Below, piece after piece: positions 20,801-29,037 of a stretch of 55,807 bases of DNA. This DNA is from a virus (taxonomy: Duplodnaviria > Caudoviricetes). The position numbers and the translations under genes are program-made. The notes beneath the pieces were generated by a model. That model saw only the letters and a program-made list of their open reading frames with translations, searched no databases and had not been told where the DNA came from. Location: positions 1 through 55,807 of the IMG/VR virus record IMGVR_UViG_3300030329_001543. One strand, 5' to 3'. The first letter of the stretch is position 1, and each line of letters begins with the position of its first letter.

Positions 20801-22836
20801 TTATTAAATCTGATTTATCTAAAACTATTGTTAGTAAAAAAGATGGAGTAGTTCTTAGTGGTGATGATGTAACTATGGTAAGATTTTTAAAAGATTTCTT
20901 AAATGTAGAAGGATTTGGCAATGAATTGATTGACAATATTAATGAAGCTTTAAGAACTAGAAAGGAATATCTAATGGTGGGAAGGTGGCCAGCTTATACT
21001 CTTAGTTCTGTGTATTTAGCTAGAATAGAAAAAGTAATGCCTAGAGGTCATGGAGATGTTGTATGGTTTCATCCAGAAACAGCTCTTGGTAAGTTGCAAG
21101 CTGACCACGATGGTGATACATCTTTCTTAATTGCTCCTTATTTTGGCATGAATTATATGGATAGAAGTGTTATTAATAAATTTAATAACAAAGAAGTCAA
21201 GGATTCTTTTTCAAATATGGAAAGCTTTGTTCGATTGGAGTATTTTAAAAAATCGAATATAAATTATAAAATGACATCTAAAAGAGATATGTATATTACT
21301 GTTGGTAAGTTAGGTAGAGGTATGAACTCTCAAGGAATGTTAATGAACGCAGTAACATTTATGGAAGATATGTATTCAAAAGATTTAAAAATGGAAATAG
21401 GTGGTCAAAAAATTGTTGTTAGAAATCCAAATGAAGAAAATATTATTATGTCTTATGCAAAGCTAAATGATGATGTTACACAAGAAATGTTAGATTTAGC
21501 TAAGATGGGTCAATTGGTTAACAAAGATGGTTCTCAATGGACAGAAGGCGACAAATATTTAAAAACAAGTCCTTTAAAACAATTACATATATTATTGCAG
21601 GCAGCTGTTGATAATTCAAAAGAGTTTTTATTAGCTGATTGGGGATTCGGTGGATGGGTATGGATAGCTCCAAGAATGTTTATTCAAGATAATGGCTCTC
21701 CTATTGGTTCAAAACAAGCTCATACTATTTCTTCAATAGTAAGAAAGCAATTAATGAATAATGTCTCTAGGCGTGGTGTAGATATGGATACAAATAGGAC
21801 TCAAGATATTGATGGAATGTTTCACACTAGTAAAAAAATGTATGAGTTAAATCAAATGTCTGGTATAGAAAGGGGAATGGAAATTAAAGACAGAGCAAAT
21901 ACTAGAAGAATAAAATATGGTAAAGATAGTAAATTGGCAAAAAGGACTTACGCAATTGATAAAATTACTTTCAATAATAAACTACTACCACTTGAAAGAT
22001 TAATTGCTGTACCTCATGAATCTTTAATTGAATATCAAGAAAATAATCCAGATGATAAAGTACATAACAATCCTTTAGGTTATCATCCTAATAGAATACA
22101 AAGAGGTATAATGTACACACAGCAAGATATGTACACACTTCAAAAAGAAACAGAGCGATGGTATCCAGAAACAGAGCAATTTGAAAAAGATAAAGAAGTT
22201 GCTAGAAGATTTACAAATGAAATGGGTCGTGAATTTTATAGAATTGCTATGAAACATAGAATGTATAATGATTCAACTAAAAGTAGAATTACATCTTCTG
22301 GTTACCCATATCAAGATGAAATTGTTAAATTTATTGATAAATGGTTGAATAAAACTGATAAAAAGTATTTTAAAAAAGTTGGACTCCCATCTTGGAAAGA
22401 ATTATCTGAAGAACAACAAGCGTATTCTTCTCTTAGATTTCTTAGGGGTATATTGACTTATTCTCCTAAAACACATGAAAAAGTTGGAGAACAAGAAAAA
22501 AGATTATTTAATAGACTTGTAGATTTAAAATCTAAATTAAATGAAGAAATTGATTTAGGTATAGTTGAAAGAATAGAATCAAACATAGCAAAAGTTGAAA
22601 AGCAGTTAGACAATATATATACACCTGCTACATATCAAAATATGTCAAGACCTAGAGATATAGAAACAGTATTACCAATGCCATTAATGCACCCAGATGT
22701 TTGGAGAACATATGCTAATTTGTTCGGGCCAAACCTAAGAAGAGCTTCAAGTGAAAAAATTAGTTTAAAAGCTGACACTAGATATGAGGATAGACAAAGA
22801 AGGACTGTTGAATCAATACTGAAGGAGTGTGGATAA
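11845..22836 (+). CDS. Giant polyvalent virion protein with predicted single-chain two-barrel RNA polymerase, zincin-like metallopeptidase and KOW-like domains
   Basis: DG (aa 2710), K2779, K2829, RWP (aa 3047), ADHDGD (aa 3086-3091; DHDGD at nt 21103-21117), GMLMN (aa 3164-3168), AVDNSK (aa 3254-3259). HEPIH at aa 1142-1146. KOW-like GQEAVLTTGDYANQKGVI. N-terminal hydrophobic/Gly-rich segments. Confidence 0.8.
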   Translation: MIKQFYAPWWIHTKDPLSVSEEPYNIYMDDDLLSDEDIGLKIQKHTPELWDLAGNYAVGQAKLDENGKWTYPEWNEEAKEFYESTSNRARYLLNNYKDFEPLREKSQVDNLNISFGEKWGYGVDESFEQAGKVGIPSMLATGTEIASSALRSLDDLSKNLDLAFEKTFGERDEAAGHRGMLFPFSSQDEKDFWKEQYQEKRDRIKKEKEKKEPDELTFKFLDEINEWAENTAIKNLKSFEKRHAKDLRYQAYQQYLQNKPVGWFTTFESPEYFTDTMISMVPSMVVMGATMGAGMIAGAPAAIGIGMVGHAPLEASGTYTEAYRWTMDNFQDEELARSNAAWSTAGYLTIVAGTEGLGASKLIKALMPKKIQNSIKNKAFRTLYKGNVSDEGKKTVLGEMGRKWREGKLVDKSTYHALTSPFSEALQEYVQYGGQILTEAGYKDESMNIIDIAMMNHPLVDPTELHESVVGGGLFGSISGASGYLGKKLFFNEDTNMANNILANEYGVDTGVPNVDLSEESLYNVPIVKGDSKPTWENYLKELANPKPGEDATIVSREKSKNTPLGELIKKQKNYDNTAIAEKMAETIKDMGKNEWDKVSQDTKNKINSHLLGAVLGLQGKGGEDIVSSKILRNNDNIAKDILDGKISFERIGKGQKTQRGFNVKRGTRTLKIHDKQYADSVVKMYESEISENFEGKDINENSTARYLENTFGITIDKSLKQELKSSIQQNIEGQVVSQAQREVEQQAEKQIIEQMEKETTEAVKKKVGIKEYKTEQKESPKIIGQEAVLTTGDYANQKGVITAYDDKKELVNIKLPDGTRVGPVKSSDVQLFMSAPPTKPTVSKKPVGIIGKEGKTKVETKDSISKDLDVLSKKQDKLFGEADDTIALKVEEKLYEKYDLWDDDGNLPTGNELIKIEKTGLDYKKDWTGEKFSITEKAKEILNSSELKELQLNVDEVNNIEEQASKIIKKLKVSKKTTTKKKPTDKDKLKQQVNQAIDINREIRQLSTVAGLQKALGEDTKKDDKKIRTNKELLRSLLSKDDVRQELSKQGKLKAIEKILGEDTDTKKKLHRIGDAYEKGERKATKAFISKAVREIMGKHSPDINKIFVEEIKEDPAAVGAYSNGMVEFVLGRATQHTAYHEPIHWFMNRVLDDNDYNTVINHFKGEEPATRAAADWYMGQKDRNLTEKIKDIFRKFWIAIQKFLNMQVTKEDTIFDIFDRIGRDFTIRNFRDRMNEYDIGADVDFDGLQPIYALPSITTTTFEQQIEKYIHIPLSEYRPREQTIGRAEFILENPYVAGKYSGISMSQIPASSSSEIIMPYSYGFSEVLSNQGDKISISSPFSTKNLSKYEKSVVENFYKNIKDAEWTEGKKSVDRELLIQKYESYIEQEFPLNAYAVRYKPENINQNGNAVPMLLPSLLPSAEKNNISDDFFSSRIMLTDNEFYKGFGHRFQLEQNYIDEDKSIEKFPSSPQVNGLGWYVYVEPKMKRLKQLNDIAIIYEIQQDINDVIEKFDDKGKEVQTKLDSEIDRKIAEGIITPEEGARLYLKNKAYFLAKDRMLQHASHTGDKVLVKEFITMYNKDHEFKLIHPNRMPDVYDKLIRETKKLINRTSDIINEGIQKSIVNRMMTKVMYDEMTHWNNFRKSLGKDPYQYIDKYYNFINKRLNTILTGHPDKTLKNKLVNDLQSTLGDNVIVHGEGGAYSSRNLIPVDKNGELDESRLQSISSLLNKIGLDKESKKYISLTLKNQKSKFPTILKTVARTADMKELGVEIKFRIALYDFFKRTSADYSDLIKKSEGSSQLERSFNTYWAQKNAYNKHIKRNQEKRNQKNIKLNQRLKWKLSDWFTSVSKVSKIAQRYVDLYNRQVDGITKSLQDRVDLWVDDYDKLKSGDTASLQKTDKLVNEAKRFKEISIHHSILTAHQRGNKYWGITGADANTKLEGNPRASRLYVNDYELNDPDRAKSYEEWKLRSNILTDKDVEIDTEREAQLREIGAGNIVGLLGQEIAREMGVEKEFAKRKKLKVLPWVDKEFGLQKGNHLKSDEQLESELLAIRQDKILKRYQRISVLDKDNKTFTLRNIKYNTSREISLPEAIQLYKDAPQLGAVWTAARKVLRKLGLNPEFKKYSALEAPIVRVRIPDNFNAVPIKRFHKIEEVPEFQKSENNSEEIQRKTGVKDESTPIKDTIVEDAVNLNRAVQNFNKPEKIKELFSSSFNKIKNKYGIEVADYVPILSKSINKSIAIREDRDMVKNLLSEWAVSVDPDVGIKMRSDNKAMKLIDLIGKTGAKKRRIRRQLADLDVVENIERTLEGHSPEDSHDVTREGLHISNTTDIEEIENNNDIDTYNFSDDRFFKFLEETNVRGYLSPKETAELMSEVVVKDFAGFTSYLSSKYNWEPVTTADNNTVRGFWVRNQMINRQSGYDKPSWWYANVTYDGKVLSNKDDKRLVPKVGGHPKYGKDLRSNKDLPRTVGVSFLDYDNMSYEWSSGGDIKYSRMYLKDMIDVHKGEEKGGYFSTLSYVTLNGQLIRDLDRNFAKYADEEIGDKRARTIVAVKASGNQPSFIVARASEDIMEISSNIDSVVDYLDYEVSIGNMNESNKKELLKSMQHEIKKSPLNNYVIAQHILTHETMKRARGRDYLIRTPNTSHHSRRLGIDDGNGIVAVGAGDFTIKIIDQSKAFISKGVPGATGSSAKIPMADYIAGLPDKYHGDGSLWVDSDYLDKTSYNIGRIPTTGNSSKLREIKTRIRFISKNDDFSKKHYGEDLQPGQELEGTNYLAMKHNEFVPEENIYITDEADNIIAYTVNVDGSIHIYDADDNRMTMFGTLDEAKEPDGGSGAFKLNGRISTNILTLPEESRRIVKVPKQQGHNSAAFPWMWMSHLYDSSFDGLRDSLLTRMLNVAKGNMRALFAARQDPQVMRALMGQFKSDGLTIMNEVDRLIEPSEGLMIQDGFMYPHIIRGILSPIKNRVVKENSYGGRRRGFGSFPVIKSDLSKTIVSKKDGVVLSGDDVTMVRFLKDFLNVEGFGNELIDNINEALRTRKEYLMVGRWPAYTLSSVYLARIEKVMPRGHGDVVWFHPETALGKLQADHDGDTSFLIAPYFGMNYMDRSVINKFNNKEVKDSFSNMESFVRLEYFKKSNINYKMTSKRDMYITVGKLGRGMNSQGMLMNAVTFMEDMYSKDLKMEIGGQKIVVRNPNEENIIMSYAKLNDDVTQEMLDLAKMGQLVNKDGSQWTEGDKYLKTSPLKQLHILLQAAVDNSKEFLLADWGFGGWVWIAPRMFIQDNGSPIGSKQAHTISSIVRKQLMNNVSRRGVDMDTNRTQDIDGMFHTSKKMYELNQMSGIERGMEIKDRANTRRIKYGKDSKLAKRTYAIDKITFNNKLLPLERLIAVPHESLIEYQENNPDDKVHNNPLGYHPNRIQRGIMYTQQDMYTLQKETERWYPETEQFEKDKEVARRFTNEMGREFYRIAMKHRMYNDSTKSRITSSGYPYQDEIVKFIDKWLNKTDKKYFKKVGLPSWKELSEEQQAYSSLRFLRGILTYSPKTHEKVGEQEKRLFNRLVDLKSKLNEEIDLGIVERIESNIAKVEKQLDNIYTPATYQNMSRPRDIETVLPMPLMHPDVWRTYANLFGPNLRRASSEKISLKADTRYEDRQRRTVESILKECG

Positions 22837-25800
22837 TGAGTTATTGTGATGATAAAAAACTAGCATCAGTTTTAGTTGAAGAATCTAGAAAAGAAATAGA
22901 GACAAATTTAGAAAAAGGTATTTCTAATATTATTGAATATCCTCATAGTAATGTAAAAAATTTAAGAAAAAAATATAAAGAAGCTACTAAAGCTAGAGAA
23001 AGGAAAACTTTATTAAAACATATAGATATTGAGAAAAAAAGATTTAAAGCTCATCAAAATTTATTTAATCATATTATGAGAAAAAGTATTGATGATTTGC
23101 ATAATGTAAGCGCTTTTGTGATTCCAGATGAATATGTAAGCAATAGGTTAGATTTTATACAAGGTGTTTTTCAAGAAGCTTATTCTAAATCTGCGTTTGC
23201 TAAAAGAGATGAAGGTCTTTCTAAATCTGGATTAAATAATTCATCTCAATGGGATGCTCCTAAAATAAATTATATTTTATATAAAATGAAACAATGGGAG
23301 AAAAGAGCAAATTCAGATAAAGAATTAAGTAGCTATGAAAAAACAATTAAGATGCCTTTATTAGTTGCATCTGCTATTGACCCGAGTGGTCAAGTAAGAA
23401 AATTTGTTAAAATGACAACCACTCTTTTAGATTCTTATTTACAAATAGGGTACCCGTGGAAAACAAGTATTATTGACCCCATAACAAAGCAAAAAAATCC
23501 TATTTCTTTACAATCTATAGAAGATAAATTAAAAGGTATTGGAGCAAGAGGGGAAGTTTCTGATATGTCCAATTATCAAAAAACTGTTGCGGCTACTCAA
23601 TTATCAGAAGAATTACTACATGATGAAGTTAGAAGTATAATCCCTAGAGATATACCAACAAACCCTAAAGAGTTTACTAAATGGAGAAATTCTTGGGAAG
23701 GTAAACAATTTTTTCAAATGATAAAATTTGAATCTGAAAGACATGAAATAGGTGATTCTGATTCAAGGTATGTTATGATACCATTACACAGCTCTGATAA
23801 AGGTATAAAGATTTTATCAAAATATAGAAAATATCAAAAAAGTTCTGGACAAAAAGCTGTTATTCCAAATGAAAATGAAAATGCATTTATTGTTTATAGG
23901 ATACCAGACAATCTTAAATCTTTCTTTTCTTCTATAAAAAACAATAAATCTATTACAAAAGAATCTTTAGAAGAACAAATAAAACCAAGCGAATTAGAGG
24001 AAGGTTTTTTTACAGCTCAAGAGCATAGAGTTTATAAATATGAATCAATACCTGGAACAGATACACCTAAACGAAAATATGCAGATTGGAAAAAAGGTGT
24101 AAAATTTCAAAATAAGATATACGACCCACCAGATTCTTGGATGCCTGAAATGTGGGATTCTATTGAAATGCAACGCGAATGGAATGAATTATTCTATGAA
24201 AAAGTATTAAAAAAAGAACATTCTAAAGTAATGCAAGAGCTTGATGATTACATGGCTAAAATACAACCTATTCTAATGGAAAACGGTTGGCATGTTGATG
24301 ATATTCAAGAAATGTTTGATAAGATAAGTAGTATTGGTGGAATTAAATTTAATCTTACTCAAGACAAGCAAGGAAACTTTATATCTTCAAATTCTTTTGT
24401 TAGAAAAGCATCTAAGTTTGGATATGGTCATATTAAATTTGAAAATGCTGTTTATTTAGACATGGTTCAAGAAGCTGTTAAAGCTATAAGTTCTTCATAT
24501 TTACCAGAAATAGATGCTCAAATAGCTACTGATGAAAATATATTAAATAGTGAAGAATCTGATTTAGTTGAAAAAGCAGAATCAAGAGAAAGATTAGCTG
24601 ATTTTTATAAAAGAAAAAAATATTATGAAGATATGTTAAATAATCTTGAAAAAAGATTATACGGAGATACTGATACAGAAGCTGATAAAAAAGAAATTAT
24701 GATGGTTCATAAAATATTAGCTACAAAAGGAAGAACATTATTTACTGACCATAAAAAAAGAAGAAAAGACAGGTCTTTATGGTCTGAATATGTAGATGAA
24801 GCTATAAGAGCTAATGAATTAACAAGGATGAAAATAGAATTGTTTAAAACAATCTTAGCGTTTAAAGACAATCCATCTTTAGTTAATTATATTGTTGACC
24901 AAACTAAAGTAGCAGCTGGTGATGCTGATATTGAAGCTGGGTTTTTTAATTTAAATTATAGCGATTCTAATATTTCTAAAATATTTAAAAATTGGTTTGG
25001 AAAAGATGTATCACCTGAGCGAATTAGAGACACAGGAGTGTTTATAAGGTCTTTAAAAACTGCTTTTAATTTAGGAATGGGAACAGCTTTTACTAACAAT
25101 TTTCAAAGAGCAAATGGGATTATAAATTATGGATTTGATTATGTAATGGACTCTATGAGAGCAATGAATCCATCTAGTGAAAACAATGGAACTCAAAATC
25201 ATAAATATCAAGAATTAATTGAACAAGTAGAAGAAACAGGAGTTCTTCACCCTGGCAATGCTTTTATTGATATGCTTACTTTAGGAATGGACTTAGGGCA
25301 AGGAAATAGCTCCGATGCTAAAGAAGCTATTCTTCCATTAGTAGATTTAATTAGATTGCAAAAAGCTACAAGTTTAGAAGGTTGGTTAGACCAAAGTAAA
25401 TCTTGGGATAAATTAATAACATCAGCTCAAAATCGAGGAGCTGTTGGAGAAAAAATACAATTAGAAGAAATACAAAGAGTTAAAAAAGAAATATATGAAA
25501 TATATCATGGTGATTATAAACCTAAACATAAAAAATATTTACAAAATAGATTAAAAGATTTAAGATTAGGTTTGTCGCAATCAGCTATCAACAGATTAGT
25601 TAAATGGAAATTAGAATGGTTTCCTACTGCTGGTGAATATACTACAATGTCTGGAAGTGAAAGAAGAATGAGGTCTGAATTTGCTTTTATAGGATTCAAA
25701 TTATCAGAAGAAATGGGTAGAGTAAATATTCCAGAATCGGGAGATTGGAAGTACACAGATTCTCAAGATGCAATAGACATGGCTAGATTGTCAGTATATA

Positions 25801-26558
25801 TGAATTTATTTGGATTTACAAAAGTTATGGCTTCTAAAATGTTTAGAGGTGCAGTTGGAGGTATGGGATGGCAATTTAGACAATATGATTATCATCAAAC
25901 AATTGTTGAAATGGAATGGTTAAGGTCTGCGGCTATGTCTCCAGAGGGGATGCTTAGTAATAAAGCTCTTGGATATGGAGCTTTGGCATTTAAAATCCCA
26001 TGGCAGATAGCTAAAAAATCAATGAGAGGAGGTATGCACGCAGCTAGATTAGCTGGGATGACAAAAGAACAAGTTCTTTATTGGCAAAAACATTCTTTTT
26101 TAAACAAAGATTATGATGATAAAAATTTAGATAGAGCAACAAATTTCTTTTTAATTAGGGGTCTTCCTACCATAATGTTAAAATTTTTATATTTTAATTT
26201 TGCACCATACACAATTTTTAGAAGTGTTCAAGGATTAGCTAGGTCTTTTACTAAAGATGATATTAACATGAGAGCTTCTAGAGGTCTTGAAAGTATGGTT
26301 GTTTCAAAAATAATTACAGCAAGTATGTTGCTTTCATATGCTTTTGATATAGGTATGATGTCAGTTGATGACGAAGATGATACAATAGAAGATGCTATTA
26401 GGCAATTACCATTTAGTATGGAAATAATAACAATGTTATTATGGGTAGTTGATTTTGGTGAAAATTTCTGGAGAGGAGCTAGACCATACCTACCAACTCC
26501 TTTTAAACAATTAGGAGATGAATCTGTAAGAGAATTTGCAGATGATATAATTAACTAA
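22836..26558 (+). CDS. Large ejection protein with C-terminal hydrophobic helices (inner-membrane channel type); probable start MSYCDD at 22836
   Basis: TAATG coupling to the giant gene. Several hydrophobic segments in the last ~150 aa, as in podophage ejection proteins. Last gene of the late block. Confidence 0.6.
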   Translation: MSYCDDKKLASVLVEESRKEIETNLEKGISNIIEYPHSNVKNLRKKYKEATKARERKTLLKHIDIEKKRFKAHQNLFNHIMRKSIDDLHNVSAFVIPDEYVSNRLDFIQGVFQEAYSKSAFAKRDEGLSKSGLNNSSQWDAPKINYILYKMKQWEKRANSDKELSSYEKTIKMPLLVASAIDPSGQVRKFVKMTTTLLDSYLQIGYPWKTSIIDPITKQKNPISLQSIEDKLKGIGARGEVSDMSNYQKTVAATQLSEELLHDEVRSIIPRDIPTNPKEFTKWRNSWEGKQFFQMIKFESERHEIGDSDSRYVMIPLHSSDKGIKILSKYRKYQKSSGQKAVIPNENENAFIVYRIPDNLKSFFSSIKNNKSITKESLEEQIKPSELEEGFFTAQEHRVYKYESIPGTDTPKRKYADWKKGVKFQNKIYDPPDSWMPEMWDSIEMQREWNELFYEKVLKKEHSKVMQELDDYMAKIQPILMENGWHVDDIQEMFDKISSIGGIKFNLTQDKQGNFISSNSFVRKASKFGYGHIKFENAVYLDMVQEAVKAISSSYLPEIDAQIATDENILNSEESDLVEKAESRERLADFYKRKKYYEDMLNNLEKRLYGDTDTEADKKEIMMVHKILATKGRTLFTDHKKRRKDRSLWSEYVDEAIRANELTRMKIELFKTILAFKDNPSLVNYIVDQTKVAAGDADIEAGFFNLNYSDSNISKIFKNWFGKDVSPERIRDTGVFIRSLKTAFNLGMGTAFTNNFQRANGIINYGFDYVMDSMRAMNPSSENNGTQNHKYQELIEQVEETGVLHPGNAFIDMLTLGMDLGQGNSSDAKEAILPLVDLIRLQKATSLEGWLDQSKSWDKLITSAQNRGAVGEKIQLEEIQRVKKEIYEIYHGDYKPKHKKYLQNRLKDLRLGLSQSAINRLVKWKLEWFPTAGEYTTMSGSERRMRSEFAFIGFKLSEEMGRVNIPESGDWKYTDSQDAIDMARLSVYMNLFGFTKVMASKMFRGAVGGMGWQFRQYDYHQTIVEMEWLRSAAMSPEGMLSNKALGYGALAFKIPWQIAKKSMRGGMHAARLAGMTKEQVLYWQKHSFLNKDYDDKNLDRATNFFLIRGLPTIMLKFLYFNFAPYTIFRSVQGLARSFTKDDINMRASRGLESMVVSKIITASMLLSYAFDIGMMSVDDEDDTIEDAIRQLPFSMEIITMLLWVVDFGENFWRGARPYLPTPFKQLGDESVREFADDIIN

Positions 26559-26601
26559 AAAAAAAGGGCAAATGACAATCATTTAAGACTATCACTTGCC
26601 C
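26557..26601 (-). terminator. Intrinsic terminator ending the early (minus) block at the convergence point
   Basis: Minus strand GGGCAAGTGATAGTC-ttaaat-GATTGTCATTTGCCC (15 bp, 3 G:U) followed by a ~10-T tract. Confidence 0.8.
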
Positions 26602-26700
26602 ATATATTATTTTAATAGTTTAGTAATTTTATGTATTTCCTCATTTAATTTTCTTAATAATTCAGATATTGCTTTTAATTTCTTTTTTATATATTCTTCA

Positions 26701-26928
26701 TTATTCATTTGTTCCCCCTCCAATTTGTATATATAAGTTGCTGATACCTATTTTAAATGTTGTTAACTCAGCAGATATATTTAATTCAAACCATATTATA
26801 TCATAAAACAAATACAATGTTATAATATTTTGTTTTGTAAATGCTTTTACTATTAAATGGTCGATTTTTATTAGAGGATATAAACTTTTTTGCCATTTAT
26901 ATCTTGCTTTTATTTTCTTAACCGCCAC
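26701..26928 (-). CDS. Hypothetical protein
   Basis: ORF track. GAGG RBS at the end of the upstream gene. Confidence 0.45.
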   Translation of the reverse strand: MAVKKIKARYKWQKSLYPLIKIDHLIVKAFTKQNIITLYLFYDIIWFELNISAELTTFKIGISNLYIQIGGGTNE

Positions 26929-27405
26929 TCACACCTCCTCTTTTTCTATGTACATTCCGTACATTGTTATTAATACTGCATCAGCGTTCCACAACGTCGC
27001 AGGTCTTTCTGTGTAAATTGATGCTATTTCTTTTAGTTTATTTTTTCTATCTTTTTTTATTTTAGGTAATTTCTCTCCTATTTTATTTTCCCAAAATTTC
27101 ATCCATTTTTGTGGTGATACTTCTACTATTTTATTTATTCCTTTTACTGAATTAAGTATTCCTAACCATGCTCCATAGTTTACTCCAAATTTAAATAAAG
27201 AACTTCTTCCATCGTGAGGCATTGCATGAACTTTTTCTATATATACTATTGCTTTTTTAGATTTATATGCATTTAAAGCCATAGAAACAGTCAATCTTCT
27301 ACCACTTATTAGTTTGTGGCATTTATGTGTATATATTTCTTTTTTTTCTGAGTTAGTAAAGCATAATGCTCCACTAGCACCTGGGTCTATTCCTATTATT
27401 GTCAT
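26929..27405 (-). CDS. RuvC-like Holliday junction resolvase
   Basis: IIGIDPGASGA, YIEKVH, FKFGVNYG, VSPQKW and ADAVLI motifs of RNase H-fold RuvC. Confidence 0.85.
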   Translation of the reverse strand: MTIIGIDPGASGALCFTNSEKKEIYTHKCHKLISGRRLTVSMALNAYKSKKAIVYIEKVHAMPHDGRSSLFKFGVNYGAWLGILNSVKGINKIVEVSPQKWMKFWENKIGEKLPKIKKDRKNKLKEIASIYTERPATLWNADAVLITMYGMYIEKEEV

Positions 27406-27710
27406 TGCGCATCCTTTCTATGTGAATATTTATGTGGACTTTTAACATATTTTCTTTTATATGTTTTTGTTGGTTTAGATGGTGGTTCATATTTGTCTCC
27501 TAATATTTCTCCATCAAATGTATTTATTATTTTATCAGTTAATTTGTCTCCAGCTTTATATCCAATAGATACATTGTTTTTATATTTGCTACATCCTACA
27601 TTTAATATATCTTTTGGTATTTGCTTTGGGCGCTTTCCTTGATTTAAATGGAACCAATAACATTTAAAGGAGAACTCAAAGAAGCACCCGTAGCAAGTTT
27701 TTTTAACCAA
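27402..27710 (-). CDS. Hypothetical Cys-containing protein
   Basis: CYGC...C...C pattern. Overlaps both neighbouring genes. Confidence 0.5.
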   Translation of the reverse strand: MVKKTCYGCFFEFSFKCYWFHLNQGKRPKQIPKDILNVGCSKYKNNVSIGYKAGDKLTDKIINTFDGEILGDKYEPPSKPTKTYKRKYVKSPHKYSHRKDAQ

Positions 27711-29028
27711 GATTATCTTTCTCAGCCATATCGGAGTTCATGTAAAACTTACATCTTCCTCCATTGAATCCTACCATATGAGTACCTATTTTACCATATC
27801 TACTTTTAGATACAATTATTTCACTTTTATATGGTGAATATCGTTCACTGTCAAAGTTATGTCCATAGAATACAAACATAGCTGATTCAGCAGTCTGTTC
27901 AATTACACCTGATTCTGCATAATCACTCATACGAGGTCTAGGGTCTAATCGTTTTTCTATTTCTCTATTTAATTGAGAAACCAATATTGCAGAACAATCT
28001 TCTTGTTTACATATCCATTTATATTCTTGCATTATTTTTTCTATTTCAAACCTTCTTCCTTCCTTTACTCCTTGAACATCTATTAATTGAATATAATCAT
28101 CGATAACAACATCTGGTTTATTTTTTGCAATTTCTCTCAAGCAATCATCCAATGTTCTAACATTGTCATACATTATTAAATTCTCATAATCTTTTTTCAT
28201 TTTTTCAGCTATTAAATCAAACTCTTCTTTACTTGTTTCGGATAAGTCGTTTCGTCTTATATCTCCGTATTTTAATCCATTTGATTCCATTACCACCATT
28301 TTCTTTAACATCTCCGTATTGCTCATTTCTCGATTAAATAAAATTACTTTGTATCCTTGTTCAATTAATCCTTTTACCATATTAATAACAAGAGTTGTTT
28401 TACCATGTCCAGGCCTTCCACCTAAAACAGTAATTTCTTTTCTTGTCATTCCACCTGCAAACATATCTAAATGTCCAAGATTGAATGGAATTAAATTAGA
28501 ATCTTCTTCAACAACTGATTTCATTTCTTCTATTAATATTTCCATTGTTCTTTCATATGATGGTTGTATTTGTCTTAATTCATTTATTAGTTTGCTATGT
28601 TTTTCTAATATACTTCCTACTTCTTTATAATCTTCATAACTAGCATCTAATAAAGCAGAAGCAGATTTAGCAGTTTCTCTTTGTATATATTTTTCCCATA
28701 TTATTCTTGCATAATTTTCTATATTGCTATTAGATGTAAATTCTTCAGCTAGTCCAGTAATATAGAAAACCATACTTTCACCTTTATATTCTTTTACTTT
28801 ATCATTTAATGTTATTAAATCAATCTCTACATTATTTTTATATAATTGTTTAAATGCTTTCCATATTATTTTATTATCTGTATAATAAAAGGCTTCATCT
28901 TCACGAATCCAAGCCATAGCTATTTCATGTTCTCTGTCCCCTCCTTCTATCATGCAAGATAATAAAGCTTTTTCAGCTTCTTCTGAAGAAGGCATTAATT
29001 TTATTTCGTTATTTTTGTTGTCTTCCAT
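27703..29028 (-). CDS. dnaB: Replicative DnaB-family helicase
   Basis: N-terminal PSSEEAEKALL, Walker A GGRPGHGKT, VVIDDYIQL, SQLNR, SGVIEQTA, KSRYG. Confidence 0.95.
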   Translation of the reverse strand: MEDNKNNEIKLMPSSEEAEKALLSCMIEGGDREHEIAMAWIREDEAFYYTDNKIIWKAFKQLYKNNVEIDLITLNDKVKEYKGESMVFYITGLAEEFTSNSNIENYARIIWEKYIQRETAKSASALLDASYEDYKEVGSILEKHSKLINELRQIQPSYERTMEILIEEMKSVVEEDSNLIPFNLGHLDMFAGGMTRKEITVLGGRPGHGKTTLVINMVKGLIEQGYKVILFNREMSNTEMLKKMVVMESNGLKYGDIRRNDLSETSKEEFDLIAEKMKKDYENLIMYDNVRTLDDCLREIAKNKPDVVIDDYIQLIDVQGVKEGRRFEIEKIMQEYKWICKQEDCSAILVSQLNREIEKRLDPRPRMSDYAESGVIEQTAESAMFVFYGHNFDSERYSPYKSEIIVSKSRYGKIGTHMVGFNGGRCKFYMNSDMAEKDNLG

Positions 29029-29037
29029 TGTCTCTCC

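Noticed and set aside
11845-22836. N4-type (T7-like, right-hand) virion RNAP suggested by size
   Set aside because: The motifs seen are the two-barrel type (RxP, DxDGD, AVDxxK), not the DxxxxG / RxxxKxxxxxxxYG set.
11845-26558. Alternative genetic code (as in some crAss-like phages)
   Set aside because: Very long ORFs are open in the standard code, and TAA, TAG and TGA all end coupled genes.
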